Source: Gemmatimonadota bacterium (GTDB taxonomy: Bacteria > Gemmatimonadota > Gemmatimonadetes > Palauibacterales > KS3-K002). From it: 48,340 bases of DNA. The position numbers were made by a program, and so were the translations under genes. The stretch is from positions 1 through 48,340 of the forward strand of contig JACQVD010000078.1 in the NCBI GenBank assembly GCA_016209945.1, written 5' to 3'. How positions within the stretch are numbered: position 1 is the stretch's first letter; each line of letters starts with the position of its first letter. Below are positions 1-10,861 of this stretch, piece after piece. Under the pieces are notes generated by a model. It worked only from the letters and a program-made list of their open reading frames with translations. It did no database searches and had not been told where the DNA came from.

Positions 1-17
1 GCAGGGGGGTGGGTGGA

Positions 18-50
18 GGCCCCGGTGCCGCGGCCGGGGCCTTCCTGTGT
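18..50 (+). terminator. GC hairpin (GGCCCCGG 18-25 / CCGGGGCC 34-41, 8-nt loop) followed by a T-containing tract. Possible terminator of the gene lying upstream of the window.
   Basis: Perfect 8-bp inverted repeat read directly from the sequence. The downstream ttcctgtgt is only moderately T-rich. Confidence 0.3.
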
Positions 51-68
51 GGAAGGGGACGAGCGGAG

Positions 69-96
69 TTGACCGGAAGGCTTATTTTGCTAGTCT
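69..96 (+). promoter_or_regulatory. Candidate sigma70-type promoter of the str operon: TTGACC-N16-TAGTCT
   Basis: TTGACC at 69-74 and TAGTCT at 91-96, inside the only AT-rich patch upstream of rpsL. An alternative -10 (TAATTC, 111-116) is possible. A leader hairpin (GGCCCGG 142-148 / CCGGGCC 164-170) follows. Confidence 0.35.
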
Positions 97-201
97 TCAC
101 AGGCTGTAGGTAATTCGGAACCCCCCGGGAGAATTCAGACGGGCCCGGGGCCTTTTTGGGCTTCCGGGCCTCTCTGTCTCCAACACCGGTATCAGCGAAC
201 G

Positions 202-573
202 GTGCCGACGATCAACCAGCTCGTCCGCCTCGGTCGGCGCGAGGTGGTCAAGAAGGAGAAGGCGCCTGCCCTGCAGGCGAACCCGCAGAAGCGCGGGGTG
301 TGCACCCGGGTGTACACGACCACGCCCAAGAAGCCGAACTCGGCGCTCCGGAAGGTCGCGCGGGTGCGGCTGACGAACGGCTACGAGGTCACGGCCTACA
401 TCCCGGGCGAGGGGCACAACTTGCAGGAGCACTCGATCGTCCTCATCCGCGGCGGCCGGGTGAAGGACCTGCCGGGGGTCCGTTACCACATCATTCGAGG
501 AACGCTGGACGCCGCAGGGGTCGCCGACCGGAAGAAGAGCCGGTCGAAGTACGGCGCCAAGGCCCCCAAGTGA
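202..573 (+). CDS. rpsL: 30S ribosomal protein S12
   Basis: 123 aa with a GTG start. MPTINQLVR...[11 protein letters not shown]...GHNLQEHS...[13 protein letters not shown] is the S12 signature. It is the first gene of the rpsL-rpsG-fusA order. Confidence 0.98.
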   Translation: MPTINQLVRLGRREVVKKEKAPALQANPQKRGVCTRVYTTTPKKPNSALRKVARVRLTNGYEVTAYIPGEGHNLQEHSIVLIRGGRVKDLPGVRYHIIRGTLDAAGVADRKKSRSKYGAKAPK

Positions 574-630
574 GGCGTCCCTCGACGTGGTGGGGAGGGC
601 CGGTGAGGCGTCCCTCCCCCAAGGGAGCGT
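571..630 (+). promoter_or_regulatory. rpsL-rpsG intercistronic element: a 13-nt direct repeat plus a hairpin that occludes the rpsG Shine-Dalgarno
   Basis: TGAGGCGTCCCTC occurs at 571-583 and again at 604-616. CTCCC 614-618 pairs with GGGAG 623-627, which is the SD 3 nt before ATG 631. Confidence 0.35.
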
Positions 631-1098
631 ATGCGTAGAACGCGGGCGGTACCCCGACGGGTTTTGCCGGATCCCAAGTACCGCAGCGAGTCGGTGCAAA
701 AGTTCATCAGCTCGCTGATGGAGCGCGGGAAGAAGTCGAAGGCGGAACGGATCTTCTACGAGGCGCTGCGGATCATCGAGGAGAAGACCGGGCAGCCGGC
801 GATGAACGTGTACCGGCAGGCGCTCACCGATGTGAAGCCGGTCCTGGAGGTGAAGAGCCGGCGGGTGGGGGGTGCCACGTACCAGATCCCGGTGGAGGTG
901 CGGCCCGATCGGCGGGAGTCGCTGGCGCGCCGCTGGATCATCGCCGCCGCCCGGGCCCGCGGGGAACCGACGATGCAGGAGCGGCTGGCGAGCGAGCTCC
1001 TGGCGGCGGCCCGAGGCGAGGGGGCGGCGGTGAAGCGAAAGGAAGAAGTGCACCGGATGGCCGAGGCGAACAAGGCCTTCGCCCACTACCGGTGGTAA
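631..1098 (+). CDS. rpsG: 30S ribosomal protein S7
   Basis: 155 aa. PDPKY...KFI..LM..GKKS.AERI and ...[14 protein letters not shown]-terminus are typical of S7. Position is consistent with the str operon. Confidence 0.98.
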   Translation: MRRTRAVPRRVLPDPKYRSESVQKFISSLMERGKKSKAERIFYEALRIIEEKTGQPAMNVYRQALTDVKPVLEVKSRRVGGATYQIPVEVRPDRRESLARRWIIAAARARGEPTMQERLASELLAAARGEGAAVKRKEEVHRMAEANKAFAHYRW

Positions 1099-1117
1099 CC
1101 CGGAAGGACACGGGCGT

Positions 1118-3244
1118 TTGATCTCTATGGCAAGACCGCTTCCGCTGGAGCGGATTCGGAATATCGGCATCATGGCGCATATCGATGCCGGGAAGACGAC
1201 CACCACCGAGCGCGTCCTCTACTACACGGGGAGGGTGCACCGGATGGGGGAAGTGGACCACGGCAGCGCCGTGATGGACTGGATGGAGCAGGAGAAGGAG
1301 CGGGGGATCACGATCACCGCCGCCGCCACGACCTGCTACTGGAACCACTTCGGCGAGATGTACCGGGTCAACATCATCGACACCCCGGGGCATGTGGACT
1401 TCACGGCCGAGGTGGAGCGCAGTCTTCGTGTCCTCGACGGCGCCATCGCGTTGTTCTGCGCCGTGGGCGGCGTGGAGCCGCAGTCGGAGACGGTGTGGCG
1501 CCAGGCGGATCGGTATGGGGTCCCGCGCATCGCCTTCGTGAACAAGATGGATCGCGTGGGCGCCGACTTCGACAACGTCGTGCAGATGATTCGCGAGCGG
1601 CTGGGCGCGCGCGCCCAGCCCGTTCAGGTCGCGCTGGGTCAAGGGGAGCTCTTCACCGGCATCGTGGACTTGGTGCGCGAGAAGGCGATCGTCTGGGACG
1701 AGGAGTCCCTCGGGCAGCGGTGGGAGGAGGGGCCGATCCCGCACGCCCTGAAGTCCAAGGTTGAAAAGCTGCGTCACGACCTCGTCGAGGCGGCGGCGGA
1801 GCACGACGACGAGGTCCTCCACAAGTACCTGGAGGGCCAGCCGATCGCGGAGGCTGAGCTGCGGCGCGCGATCCGCAAGGCGACCTTGAAGCTCGCCTTC
1901 GTGCCCGTGCTCTGCGGATCGGCGTTCCGCAACAAGGGCGTGCAGCCGCTTCTGGACGCGGTGCTGGACTACCTCCCCTCGCCGGCGGACATCCCCGCAG
2001 TGCGCGCTCACCTCCCCCATCACGACGACCAGATCGTCACCCGGGAGACGTCGGACGCCGCGCCGTTTGCCGCGCTGGCGTTCAAGATCCAGACGGACCC
2101 GTACGTGGGGCGGCTCACCTACCTGCGCGTCTACAGCGGTTCGGTGAAGGCGGGTACGTACGTCTACAACGCGACGCGGGACCGGAAGGAGCGGCTCGCC
2201 CGCGTCCTGCAGATGCATGCGAACAAGCGGGAGGAGCGGGAGGAGGTCTTCGCGGGCGACATCTGCGCCGCGATCGGGCTGAAGGAGACGAAGACGGGCG
2301 ATACGCTGTGCGATCCGGACGACGCGATCATCCTGGAGTCGATGCGGTTCCCGGAGCCGGTCATCTCGGTGGCGATCGAGCCGAAGACGAAGGCCGACCA
2401 GGACAAGCTCTCGCAGGCGCTCCAGAAGCTGGCCGACGAGGATCCGACGTTCCGCGTGCACAGCGATCCCGAGACGGGGCAGACGATCATCTCGGGGATG
2501 GGCGAGCTGCACCTGGAGATCATCGTGGATCGGCTGCGCCGCGAGTTCAACGTGAACGCGAACGTCGGCCAGCCGCAGGTCGCGTACCGGGAGACGATCC
2601 GGAAGAGGGTCGAGAACGTCGAGGGGAAGTTCATCCGGCAGACGGGTGGTCGCGGCCAGTACGGGCACGTGGTGATCCACGCGGAGCCCGCGCCGGCGGG
2701 ATCGGGCCTGCTCTTCGAGGACCGCATCATCGGCGGGGCGATCCCGCGGGAATTCATCGGGCCGGCGGAGGCTGGCGTTCGCGGGGCGATGGACGCGGGT
2801 GTGCTCGCCGGCTACCCCATGGTGGACCTGAAGGTGGAGCTCGTGGATGGCTCGTACCACGAGGTCGATTCCTCGGAGATGGCGTTCCGGATCGCGGCGT
2901 CGATGGCGCTGAAGGAGGCGGTGCGGCGCGCGGATCCCGTGCTCCTGGAGCCGATCATGCGCGTGGAGGTCGTCACACCGGCGGACTACCTCGGCGAGGT
3001 CATGGGCGACCTCGGTGCGCGGCGCGGCAAGATCCACGGGATCTTCCAGCGGAACGAGGCGCAGGTCATCAGCGCCCACGTGCCCCTCTCCGAGATGTTC
3101 GGGTACTCCACGACGCTGCGGAGCCTCTCCCAGGGGCGCGCGGTCTACAGCATGGAGTTCTCGCATTACGAGGAGGTGCCGCGGGAGAGGGCGGCCGAGC
3201 TCCTGGGGGCGGTCCGCGCGGCGGAGCTCGCCGCGAAGCGATGA
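1118..3244 (+). CDS. fusA: Translation elongation factor G
   Basis: [34 protein letters not shown] and NKMDR GTPase motifs over a full-length EF-G. TTG 1118 lies 8 nt after GGAAGGA. ATG 1127 (MARPLP...) is an alternative start. Confidence 0.97.
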   Translation: MISMARPLPLERIRNIGIMAHIDAGKTTTTERVLYYTGRVHRMGEVDHGSAVMDWMEQEKERGITITAAATTCYWNHFGEMYRVNIIDTPGHVDFTAEVERSLRVLDGAIALFCAVGGVEPQSETVWRQADRYGVPRIAFVNKMDRVGADFDNVVQMIRERLGARAQPVQVALGQGELFTGIVDLVREKAIVWDEESLGQRWEEGPIPHALKSKVEKLRHDLVEAAAEHDDEVLHKYLEGQPIAEAELRRAIRKATLKLAFVPVLCGSAFRNKGVQPLLDAVLDYLPSPADIPAVRAHLPHHDDQIVTRETSDAAPFAALAFKIQTDPYVGRLTYLRVYSGSVKAGTYVYNATRDRKERLARVLQMHANKREEREEVFAGDICAAIGLKETKTGDTLCDPDDAIILESMRFPEPVISVAIEPKTKADQDKLSQALQKLADEDPTFRVHSDPETGQTIISGMGELHLEIIVDRLRREFNVNANVGQPQVAYRETIRKRVENVEGKFIRQTGGRGQYGHVVIHAEPAPAGSGLLFEDRIIGGAIPREFIGPAEAGVRGAMDAGVLAGYPMVDLKVELVDGSYHEVDSSEMAFRIAASMALKEAVRRADPVLLEPIMRVEVVTPADYLGEVMGDLGARRGKIHGIFQRNEAQVISAHVPLSEMFGYSTTLRSLSQGRAVYSMEFSHYEEVPRERAAELLGAVRAAELAAKR

Positions 3245-3302
3245 CGGACTCGGCGGCCGGGGCCCCGCGGGCACCGGCGGCGAACTTCGATTTGTGCGAA
3301 CC

Positions 3303-3611
3303 ATGGCGGACAGGATTCGGATCCGACTGAAGGCGTTCGATCACGTGGTGATCGATCAGACCGCGGCCGACATCGTGCGCACGGCCCAGAAGACCGGCGC
3401 CACGGTGGTGGGGCCCATTCCGCTCCCCAGCCGCCGGCAGCTGTGGACTGTGCTGCGGAGCCCGCACGTGGACAAGAAGTCGCGGGAGCAGTTCGAGCTG
3501 GTCACGCACAAGCGGCTCATCGACATCCTGGATTCGCGGCCGCAGACGATCGATGCGCTGACGAAGCTCGATCTTCCGGCGGGCGTGGACGTGCAGATCA
3601 AGGTCACCTGA
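3303..3611 (+). CDS. rpsJ: 30S ribosomal protein S10
   Basis: 102 aa, [16 protein letters not shown]....IV......G....GPIPLP. This is the in-frame tail of track ORF 3015..3611. It is the first gene of the S10 operon order. Confidence 0.97.
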   Translation: MADRIRIRLKAFDHVVIDQTAADIVRTAQKTGATVVGPIPLPSRRQLWTVLRSPHVDKKSREQFELVTHKRLIDILDSRPQTIDALTKLDLPAGVDVQIKVT

Positions 3612-3615
3612 GGCG

Positions 3616-4263
3616 ATGGTGGGCGGCCTCATCGGACGGAAGGTCGCGATGACGCGGGTCTTCGGACCCGACGGCGCCTCGATCCCGGTCACGGTGATCG
3701 AGGCGGGTCCGTGTCCGGTCCTCCGGGTGAAGACGGCGGAGCGGGACGGCTACTCCGCGGTCGCCCTGGGGTTCGGCCGGCGGAAGCCGAAGAGGACGCC
3801 GAAGGCACTCGGGGCGCAGGCGACGAAGGCGGGGCTCGAGCACGCGCCGCGGGTCGTGCGGGAGTTTCCGGTGGCCTCGGCTGGCGGGCCCGAGGCGGCA
3901 ATACCGGAGCCCGCGCCCGGCCAGGTCGTGACGGTGAGCGTTTTCGAGCCGGGCGAGCGCGTGAAGGTGACCGGTTGGTCGAAGGGTCGCGGGTTTCAAG
4001 GGGTGGTGAAGCGCCACGGGTTCGCCGGCGGCCCGGGCACGCACGGGCAGCCGTCGATCAGGGTGCCGGGCTCGGTGGGGCCCGGGACCGATCCGTCGCG
4101 CGTCATCAAGGGGCGGCGGATGGCCGGCCACATGGGGAACGAGCGCTGCACCGTGCGGCACCTGGAGGTCGTGAAGGTGGACGCGGAGCGCAACCTGCTG
4201 CTCGTGAAGGGTGCGGTGCCGGGTCCGCGGGGCGGGATGCTGCTGATTCGGAAGGAACGGTAG
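3616..4263 (+). CDS. rplC: 50S ribosomal protein L3
   Basis: 215 aa, [13 protein letters not shown]...[10 protein letters not shown] and a [14 protein letters not shown] motif. Confidence 0.97.
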   Translation: MVGGLIGRKVAMTRVFGPDGASIPVTVIEAGPCPVLRVKTAERDGYSAVALGFGRRKPKRTPKALGAQATKAGLEHAPRVVREFPVASAGGPEAAIPEPAPGQVVTVSVFEPGERVKVTGWSKGRGFQGVVKRHGFAGGPGTHGQPSIRVPGSVGPGTDPSRVIKGRRMAGHMGNERCTVRHLEVVKVDAERNLLLVKGAVPGPRGGMLLIRKER

Positions 4264-4275
4264 CGGGTCGAGGCG

Positions 4276-4950
4276 ATGGCGACGGAAGGGCTCAAGGCCC
4301 CGTACTTCACGGCGGACGGCAGGGCCGACGGGATGCGCGAGCTCCCGCGCGAGGTCTTCGACGGCGTCGTGCACGAAGCGGCGCTGTACGCCGCGGTGAA
4401 GGGCACGCTGGCGAACCAGCGCCGGGGGACGGCGTCCGCGAAGACGAGGGCCGAGGTGAGCGGCGGCGGCCGGAAGCCGTGGCGCCAGAAGGGGACGGGC
4501 CGCGCGCGCCAGGGCACCATCCGCGCACCGCACTGGCGGGGCGGTGGGATCGTGCATCCGCCGAAGCCTCGGGACTGGCGCGAGGAGGTCCCGAAAGCGG
4601 TGAAGACCCTCGCCCGCCGCTCCGCGCTGAACGCGCGGGCGCGGGAGAACGCGCTCCTCGTCGTCGAGGCGCTGAGGCTGGAGACGGTGAAGACGCGCGC
4701 GCTCGTGCAGTGGCTCGCGCGCCTGGGCCTGGAGGAGCGGAACGTGCTGATCCTCACGCTCGGGCACCGGCCCGACGTGGTCCGCGCGGGGCGGAACCTC
4801 CGGAACGTGCGGGTTCGGCCGTTCGGACAGGAGTCGTCGTACGACGTCCTGTGGGCCGACGGCGTCGTGGTGGAAGAGGGCGCGCTCGGCGCAGCGGCGG
4901 AGCCCGCGGGCGCCGGGCGTGTCGATCGGGCGGCGGTGCGAGATGCTTGA
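4276..4950 (+). CDS. rplD: 50S ribosomal protein L4
   Basis: 224 aa with the SGGGRKPWRQKGTGRARQGT motif. Position is syntenic. Confidence 0.97.
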   Translation: MATEGLKAPYFTADGRADGMRELPREVFDGVVHEAALYAAVKGTLANQRRGTASAKTRAEVSGGGRKPWRQKGTGRARQGTIRAPHWRGGGIVHPPKPRDWREEVPKAVKTLARRSALNARARENALLVVEALRLETVKTRALVQWLARLGLEERNVLILTLGHRPDVVRAGRNLRNVRVRPFGQESSYDVLWADGVVVEEGALGAAAEPAGAGRVDRAAVRDA

Positions 4951-5239
4951 TCCACGCGAGGTGATCCGCCGGCCGATCGTGACGGAGAAGACGACGGCGC
5001 AGCAGGAGGCGCTGCGGCGCTACGCGTTCGAAGTCACGCCGGAGGCGACGAAGCGCGAGATCGCGCACGCCGTGGAGTCGCTCTTCAGCGTGCGCGTGGA
5101 GTCGGTCCGGACGATGCGGTACCGTGGGAAGACGCGGCGCGCCCGGTTCGCGCGGCTCCCGGGTCGCCGCCCCGCGTGGAAGAAGGCGGTGGTCACGTTG
5201 GCAGAGGGGGAGTCGATCCCCCTCTTCGAGACGGCATAG
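4943..5239 (+). CDS. rplW: 50S ribosomal protein L23
   Basis: [17 protein letters not shown]... The ATG at 4943 overlaps the rplD stop by 8 nt. The track ORF begins at GTG 4919, but the L23 homology starts at 4943. Confidence 0.93.
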   Translation: MLDPREVIRRPIVTEKTTAQQEALRRYAFEVTPEATKREIAHAVESLFSVRVESVRTMRYRGKTRRARFARLPGRRPAWKKAVVTLAEGESIPLFETA

Positions 5240-5261
5240 GCCAGGAGCGGTTCGCCAAGCG

Positions 5262-6113
5262 ATGGGCATTCGCAAGTTCAAGCCGACGTCGTCGGGAACG
5301 CGCTTCCGCTCGGTCTCGGATTTCTCCGAGATCACGAAGGCGGAGCCGGAGAAGAGCCTCCTGGAGCCGCTCACGAAGAGTGGCGGGAGGGACAACTTCG
5401 GGCACATCACCGCGTACCGGCGCGGCGGCGGCCACAAGCGCACGTACCGCCGGATCGACTTCAAGCGCGACAAGCGCGGGATCCCGGCGAAGGTCGCGGC
5501 GATCGAGTACGATCCCAACCGGTCGGCGCGGATCGCGCTCCTCCACTACGCCGACGGCGAGAAGCGGTACATCCTGCATCCGCGCGGCCTCGAGGTGGGC
5601 GCGACGGTGGTCGCGGGGCCCGGCGCGGACATCAAGGTCGGGAACGCCGTGCCGCTGCGTGAGGTCCCGCTGGGCGAGACGGTTCACAACATCGAGCTGG
5701 TCGCGGGGAAGGGCGGGCAGATCTGCCGGTCGGCGGGGAGCGGTGCGCAGGTGGTCGCCAAGGAGGGAGCGCACGTGACCCTGAAGCTCCCCTCCACCGA
5801 GGTGCGGAAGGTACGGGCGGAGTGCTACGCCACGATCGGGCAGGTGGGGAACCTGGAGCACGAGCTCGTCTCCAGCGGGAAGGCGGGGCGGTCTCGCTGG
5901 CTCGGACGCCGGCCGATTGTGCGGGGCGTGGCCATGAATCCCGTGGACCATCCTCTGGGCGGCGGGGAGGGGAAGAGCTCCGGGGGCCGGCCGGCCTGCT
6001 CCCCGTGGGGGAAGCCCGAAGGGCGCAAGACCCGGGACCCGCACAAGAAGTCGAAGGCACTCATCGTGCGCCCGCGGCGCCGCGGGAAGGCGACCGCGGG
6101 CGGTGCCGTGTAG
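5262..6113 (+). CDS. rplB: 50S ribosomal protein L2
   Basis: [15 protein letters not shown]... and [16 protein letters not shown] motifs. In-frame internal ATG of track ORF 5124..6113. Confidence 0.97.
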   Translation: MGIRKFKPTSSGTRFRSVSDFSEITKAEPEKSLLEPLTKSGGRDNFGHITAYRRGGGHKRTYRRIDFKRDKRGIPAKVAAIEYDPNRSARIALLHYADGEKRYILHPRGLEVGATVVAGPGADIKVGNAVPLREVPLGETVHNIELVAGKGGQICRSAGSGAQVVAKEGAHVTLKLPSTEVRKVRAECYATIGQVGNLEHELVSSGKAGRSRWLGRRPIVRGVAMNPVDHPLGGGEGKSSGGRPACSPWGKPEGRKTRDPHKKSKALIVRPRRRGKATAGGAV

Positions 6114-6130
6114 CGGGCGAAAGGGTCGCC

Positions 6131-6424
6131 ATGGCTCGGAGTCTCAAGAAAGGCCCCTTCGTGGACGGGCACCTCCTGAAGAGAATTCAGGAGATGAACG
6201 AGACGGGTGAGAAGCGCGTGATCAAGACGTGGTCGCGGCGCTCCACGATCACACCGGAGTTCGTGGGCCACACCCTGGCGGTGCACAACGGGAACAAGTT
6301 CATCCCGGTGTACATCACCGAGAACATGGTCGGCCACAAGCTCGGGGAGTTCGCGCCCACGCGGCTCTTCCGGGTGCACGGCGGCAAGCTGTCGTCGGCC
6401 GACAAGCGGGCGAAGCTCGAATGA
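6131..6424 (+). CDS. rpsS: 30S ribosomal protein S19
   Basis: 97 aa, [13 protein letters not shown]......[22 protein letters not shown]. Confidence 0.97.
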   Translation: MARSLKKGPFVDGHLLKRIQEMNETGEKRVIKTWSRRSTITPEFVGHTLAVHNGNKFIPVYITENMVGHKLGEFAPTRLFRVHGGKLSSADKRAKLE

Positions 6425-6783
6425 TGGAGGCGCGGGCGGCCGCGAAGTACGTGCGCCAGTCGGCGCGGAAGCTGCGCCTCGTGGTGGATGGCATCCGCGG
6501 CCGGGACGTGAACGAGGCTTACGCGTGGCTCCAGTTCCAGCCGAAGAAGAAGGCGTCGCGGATCATGGAGAAGGCGCTGCGCTCGGCGGTGGCGAACGCC
6601 CTGCAGAAGGCGGAGGCGGAGGGCGAGCCGCTGGACGTGGACGAGCTGTACGTGAAACGGGCGTACGTGAACGAGGGTCCGACGCTCAAGCGCTGGCGCG
6701 CGCGGGCGATGGGCCGCGCGTCGCTCATCCGGAAGCGCACAAGCCACGTGGTGATCGTGGTGGACCGGAAGGGAGAGGCGTAG
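6421..6783 (+). CDS. rplV: 50S ribosomal protein L22
   Basis: 120 aa, A.AKYVR.SARK.RLVVD.IRG. The start forms an ATGA overlap with the rpsS stop. Confidence 0.96.
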   Translation: MMEARAAAKYVRQSARKLRLVVDGIRGRDVNEAYAWLQFQPKKKASRIMEKALRSAVANALQKAEAEGEPLDVDELYVKRAYVNEGPTLKRWRARAMGRASLIRKRTSHVVIVVDRKGEA

Positions 6784-6786
6784 GCG

Positions 6787-7449
6787 ATGGGCCAGAAGAC
6801 GCACCCTCTGGGGTTCCGGCTCGGTGTCATCAAGAGCTGGAAGTCGCGCTGGTACTCCGAGAACAACGGCTTCGCCGAGCTCCTGGCCGAGGACGAGAAG
6901 GTTCGCAGGTACCTGCGCACGCGGCTGCAGCACGCGGCGCTCTCGTCCGTGGACATCGAGCGCAAGCCCGGGAGGATCGTGGTGACGATCCACACGGGCC
7001 GACCCGGCGTCGTGATCGGGAAGAAGGGCGCGGAGGTGGACAAGCTGCGGGACGAGCTGGCGCTCCTCACGCACTCGGAGGTCTCCATCAACGTGGAGGA
7101 GATCAAGCGGCCGGAGCTCGACGCGCAGCTCGTGGGCGACAACGTGGCGCACCAGCTCGTGCAGCGGATCTCCTTCCGCCGCGCGATGAAGCGCGCGGTG
7201 CAGGCCGCCATGCGGATGGGCGCCCAGGGAATCCGTATCCAGTGCAGCGGCCGGCTGGGCGGCGCGGAGATCGCCCGGGCGGAGGGCTATCTGGAGGGCC
7301 GCGTTCCGCTGCACACGCTGCGGGCGGACATCGACTTCGCGCGGTCGCTCGCGCGCACGACGTACGGCACCATCGGCGCGAAGGTCTGGATCTTCAAAGG
7401 CGAGATCGTGGAGGACCGCCGCGGGCGCACGTACTCCACCGGGGTTTGA
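6787..7449 (+). CDS. rpsC: 30S ribosomal protein S3
   Basis: 220 aa, [17 protein letters not shown], with a KH-domain GKKG motif. Confidence 0.98.
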   Translation: MGQKTHPLGFRLGVIKSWKSRWYSENNGFAELLAEDEKVRRYLRTRLQHAALSSVDIERKPGRIVVTIHTGRPGVVIGKKGAEVDKLRDELALLTHSEVSINVEEIKRPELDAQLVGDNVAHQLVQRISFRRAMKRAVQAAMRMGAQGIRIQCSGRLGGAEIARAEGYLEGRVPLHTLRADIDFARSLARTTYGTIGAKVWIFKGEIVEDRRGRTYSTGV

Positions 7450-7455
7450 GGGATC

Positions 7456-7878
7456 ATGCTAAGTCCGAAGCGGATCAAGTTCCGGAAGCAGCAGAAGGGT
7501 CGCACCAGGGGGATCGCGAGCCGGGGTAACCGGATCGCGTTCGGCGACTACGGGCTGCAGGCGCTGGAGCCGGGCTGGATCACGAACCGGCAGATCGAGG
7601 CGGCCCGCGTGGCGATGACGCGGTTCCTCAAGCGGGGCGGCAAGATCTGGATCCGCATCTTCCCCGACAAGCCGGTCACGCGGAAGCCCGCGGAGACGCG
7701 GATGGGGAAGGGGAAGGGGAACCTGGAGGGCTGGGTCGCCGTCGTGCGGCCTGGCCGTGTCATGTTCGAGCTGGAGGGGATCCCCCACGACCAGGCGCTC
7801 GTGGCGATGCGGTTGGCGTCGGCGAAGCTGCCGGTCAAGACGAGGTTCCTGAGCCGCGCGGCCGGAGGGCTCTCGTGA
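7456..7878 (+). CDS. rplP: 50S ribosomal protein L16
   Basis: 140 aa, [17 protein letters not shown]...RGN...FG.YGL. Confidence 0.98.
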   Translation: MLSPKRIKFRKQQKGRTRGIASRGNRIAFGDYGLQALEPGWITNRQIEAARVAMTRFLKRGGKIWIRIFPDKPVTRKPAETRMGKGKGNLEGWVAVVRPGRVMFELEGIPHDQALVAMRLASAKLPVKTRFLSRAAGGLS

Positions 7879-8096
7879 AGGCGCGAGAGATCCGGGCGAT
7901 GAGCGACGCCGAGCTCCGGGAAAAGCTCCGCGAGCTCGAGGACGAGCTCTTCAAGCTCCGGTTCCGGGCCGGGATCGATCCCGAGGTCAACCCGGGGAAG
8001 ATGAGGAGCCTGCGGCGCGAGATCGCGCGGATTCGGACGATCCAGCGGGAGCGCGAGCCGGCGGCGGCCGGCGGCTCGCGGAGGACGGGGGCGTGA
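7875..8096 (+). CDS. rpmC: 50S ribosomal protein L29
   Basis: 73 aa, [30 protein letters not shown] overlap with the rplP stop. Confidence 0.95.
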   Translation: MKAREIRAMSDAELREKLRELEDELFKLRFRAGIDPEVNPGKMRSLRREIARIRTIQREREPAAAGGSRRTGA

Positions 8097-8410
8097 GCGC
8101 CGTGGCGCGGGAGCGCGCGGGGGAGCGCGGGCGACGAAAGCGCCGCGTGGGCGTCGTGGTCAGCGACAGGATGGCGAAGACCGTGGTCGTGAAGGTGGAG
8201 CGGCGGTCCCTGCACCCGCTGTACGGGAAGCCGATCATGCGGGCGACGAAGTACTACGCCCACGATGAGGCGCGGGACGCGCACCTGGGTGACACGGTCG
8301 AGATCGTAGAGACCCGGCCGCTCTCGAAGCTGAAGCGCTGGCGCGTGGTCCGGATCGTCGAGCGGGCTCGTGGCGAGGAACCGCTGACGGTGAACGCGGC
8401 GGAGCCATGA
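8093..8410 (+). CDS. rpsQ: 30S ribosomal protein S17, with an N-terminal basic extension
   Basis: [28 protein letters not shown] core. GTGA overlap with the rpmC stop. Confidence 0.95.
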   Translation: MSAVARERAGERGRRKRRVGVVVSDRMAKTVVVKVERRSLHPLYGKPIMRATKYYAHDEARDAHLGDTVEIVETRPLSKLKRWRVVRIVERARGEEPLTVNAAEP

Positions 8411-8775
8411 TCCAGCAGGAGACGGTCGTCAACATCGCGGACAACACCGGGGCCAAGCGCGCCCTCTGCATCCGCGTGCTGGGCGGCTCGGGCCGCCGGT
8501 ATGCATGCCTCGGGGATGTCATCGTCGTGACGATCAAGGACGCGCTGCCCACAGGGACCGTGAAGGAGCACGAGGTGCTGCGGGCGGTGGTCGTACGCAC
8601 GGCGAAGGAGCAGCGGCGCAAGGACGGCTCGTACATCCGGTTCGACGATAACGCCGCCGTCCTCATCAACGAGGCGGGCGACCCTCGGGGCACGCGCATC
8701 TTCGGGCCCGTGGCCCGGGAGCTCCGGGAGAAGCAGTTCATGAAGATCATCTCCCTGGCGCCCGAGGTCGTGTGA
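8407..8775 (+). CDS. rplN: 50S ribosomal protein L14
   Basis: 122 aa, [17 protein letters not shown]....IRVLGG. ATGA overlap with rpsQ. Confidence 0.98.
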   Translation: MIQQETVVNIADNTGAKRALCIRVLGGSGRRYACLGDVIVVTIKDALPTGTVKEHEVLRAVVVRTAKEQRRKDGSYIRFDDNAAVLINEAGDPRGTRIFGPVARELREKQFMKIISLAPEVV

Positions 8776-8776
8776 G

Positions 8777-9103
8777 ATGGCATCGCGGCTCCACGTGCGG
8801 AAAGGGGATCTCGTGCAGGTGATCTCGGGGAACTTCCGGGGTCAGCGTGGGAAGGTGCTGCGCGTCCTTCCGGAGAAGCGCCGTGTCGTGGTGGAGGGGA
8901 TCAACCTGAGGAAGAAACACGTGCGGGCCACCCCGCAGACCGAGGGAGGGATCATCAGTCTCGAGGCGCCGGTCCATGGCTCGAACGTGCTGCCGGTCTG
9001 CCCGCACTGCGACCGGCCCGCGCGCACGCGCCGGCACCGGGACGCCGAGGGCCATGCGGAGCGTCTCTGCGCGAGGTGCGGGAAACCGATACCGAAGGCA
9101 TGA
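8777..9103 (+). CDS. rplX: 50S ribosomal protein L24, with a C-terminal CxxC...CxxC zinc-ribbon form
   Basis: 108 aa with a KOW motif ([20 protein letters not shown]). The C-terminus reads CPHC...16 aa...CARC. Confidence 0.96.
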   Translation: MASRLHVRKGDLVQVISGNFRGQRGKVLRVLPEKRRVVVEGINLRKKHVRATPQTEGGIISLEAPVHGSNVLPVCPHCDRPARTRRHRDAEGHAERLCARCGKPIPKA

Positions 9104-9672
9104 CGGGCAACGTTGGGCCGAGGCTTCAGATCCACTACGAGACGGTGGTGCGGCCGAAGCTCCTCCAGGAGTTCGGCTACCGGAATCCGCACGAGGTTCC
9201 GCGCGTCCTCAAGATCGTGGTGAACGCCGGGGTCGGCGCGATGGCGCACACACCGAAGCTCCTGGACTCGGTGGTGGAGCAGCTGGCCGCGATCACGGGC
9301 CAGAAGCCGGTCGTGAATCGTGCGCGCAAGTCGATCGCGGGGTTCAACCTGCGGGAGGGGATGCCCGTCGGCGTGAGTGTCACGCTGCGGCGGGCGCGCA
9401 TGTACGAGTTTCTGGATCGGTTGCTGAACGTCGCGGTCCCGCGGATCCGCGATTTCCGCGGGTTCTCGACGCGCGCCTTTGACGGTCGAGGGAATTACAC
9501 CCTCGGGATCAAAGAGCAGATCGTGTTCCCCGAAGTGGATTACGACAAGGTCGTCCAGGTCCACGGGATGGACGTAACCATCGCCACAAGCGCGCGCAGG
9601 GACGACGAGGCGCTGGCGCTCCTGCGCGAGATGGGGGTGCCGTTCCGCGGGATGGAATCGGTTCTGGTCTAG
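9100..9672 (+). CDS. rplE: 50S ribosomal protein L5
   Basis: [43 protein letters not shown] overlap with the rplX stop. The track ORF starts earlier, at 9076. Confidence 0.95.
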   Translation: MTGNVGPRLQIHYETVVRPKLLQEFGYRNPHEVPRVLKIVVNAGVGAMAHTPKLLDSVVEQLAAITGQKPVVNRARKSIAGFNLREGMPVGVSVTLRRARMYEFLDRLLNVAVPRIRDFRGFSTRAFDGRGNYTLGIKEQIVFPEVDYDKVVQVHGMDVTIATSARRDDEALALLREMGVPFRGMESVLV

Positions 9673-9690
9673 GAGAGGCTGGGTTCGTTC

Positions 9691-9876
9691 ATGGCGCGCA
9701 AGGCGCAGATCGAGAAGACGAAGCGGGCACCGAAGTTCGCGGTGCGGGCGCGGCATCGTTGCTGGCGCTGCGGGCGCTCGCGGGCGTACATGCGGAAGTT
9801 CGGGATCTGCCGGATCTGCTTCCGGGAGATGGCGTTGAAGGGCGAGATCCCGGGCATGAAGAAGGCGAGCTGGTGA
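9691..9876 (+). CDS. rpsN: 30S ribosomal protein S14, type Z (61 aa, zinc-binding)
   Basis: [17 protein letters not shown]...RC.RCGR......FG.CRICFRE with CxxC-N12-CxxC. Confidence 0.97.
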   Translation: MARKAQIEKTKRAPKFAVRARHRCWRCGRSRAYMRKFGICRICFREMALKGEIPGMKKASW

Positions 9877-9877
9877 G

Positions 9878-10279
9878 GTGGGCGTCGTCACCGATCCGAT
9901 CGCGGACGCGCTGACGCGGATCCGGAACGCCGCGCGGGCAGGTCAGCGGCGCGTGGATCTCCCCATCTCCAAGCTCGCGGTGGAGGTGGTGAAGAAGCTC
10001 GCCGACGCGCACTTCGTCCAGGACTACAAGGTGATCGACGACGGCCGCTTCGGCCGTCTCCGGGTCTACCTGCGCTACACGCCGGAGGGGAGGCCCGTGA
10101 TCCGCGAGTTGCGGCGCGTCTCCAGCCCAGGCCGGCGGCGGTACGTGAAGGTGTACGGCATCCCGAAGGTGCGCGGCGGTCTCGGGATGGCGATCCTCTC
10201 GACGTCCCGCGGCGTCCTGAGCGACCGCGAGGCGCGCGCGGCGCGCGTGGGCGGCGAACTCATGGCCATCGTGTACTGA
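9878..10279 (+). CDS. rpsH: 30S ribosomal protein S8
   Basis: 133 aa with a GTG start, TDPIADALTRIRNA motif. Confidence 0.97.
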   Translation: MGVVTDPIADALTRIRNAARAGQRRVDLPISKLAVEVVKKLADAHFVQDYKVIDDGRFGRLRVYLRYTPEGRPVIRELRRVSSPGRRRYVKVYGIPKVRGGLGMAILSTSRGVLSDREARAARVGGELMAIVY

Positions 10280-10300
10280 GGCGAGGACACCGGGTCACCC

Positions 10301-10855
10301 ATGTCGAGGATCGGCAAGAAACCGATACCCATCCCGCCGGGCGTCGAGGTCACCGTCGACGGCCGCCGGGTCCGGGTGAAGGGCCCCAAGGGCGAGCTCG
10401 TGAAGGAGTTCCATCCGGACATGACATTCGTGCTGGAAGATCGGGTCCTGCGGGTGGAGCGTCCGACGGACTCCTCGCGACACCGGGCGCTGCACGGCCT
10501 CACGCGCACGCTCGTGGCGAACATGATCGAGGGCGTCGTGAAGGGGTTCGAGGAGAGCCTGGAGATCGTCGGGGTGGGCTACCGTGCGGAGTCCAAGGGC
10601 CAGAGCGTGCGATTCCATCTGGGGTTCAGCCATCCCGTGGACGTGCGACCGCCCTCGGGCGTGCGGATCGTGGTCGAGTCGCCCACGCTGGTAAAGGTTT
10701 TGGGGCCGGACAAGGAGCTCGTGGGGCGGGTCGCGGCGGAGATCCGAAACCTGCGGCCGCCAGAGCCGTACAAGGGGAAGGGCGTTCGCTACGTGGGCGA
10801 GCAGGTCCGTCGCAAGGCGGGGAAGACCGCTGCGGCGACCGGCACGCAAGCGTGA
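10301..10855 (+). CDS. rplF: 50S ribosomal protein L6
   Basis: 184 aa, MSRIGKKPIPIP.GVEV.......VKGPKGEL. Confidence 0.97.
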   Translation: MSRIGKKPIPIPPGVEVTVDGRRVRVKGPKGELVKEFHPDMTFVLEDRVLRVERPTDSSRHRALHGLTRTLVANMIEGVVKGFEESLEIVGVGYRAESKGQSVRFHLGFSHPVDVRPPSGVRIVVESPTLVKVLGPDKELVGRVAAEIRNLRPPEPYKGKGVRYVGEQVRRKAGKTAAATGTQA

Positions 10856-10861
10856 GATCGA

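Noticed and set aside
938-3304. Very long antisense ORFs opposite real genes. Examples: 938..3304, 12265..14253, 20776..23268, 28361..30202, 30860..32806, 32831..34381, 39153..41645, all on the - strand.
   Set aside because: Their translations are Arg/Pro/Ala/His-rich low-complexity strings with no recognisable motifs. They mirror strongly supported + strand genes. This is the expected stop-codon-poor antisense frame in high-GC DNA.
3711-4964. Same-strand shadow ORFs in alternative frames. Examples: 3711..4964, 2308..3330, 28818..30008, 31906..33447, 46174..47574, and the N-terminal part of 19960..22050.
   Set aside because: They have a Gly/Arg/Ala-rich composition. They overlap well-supported genes in another frame and lack any conserved motif.
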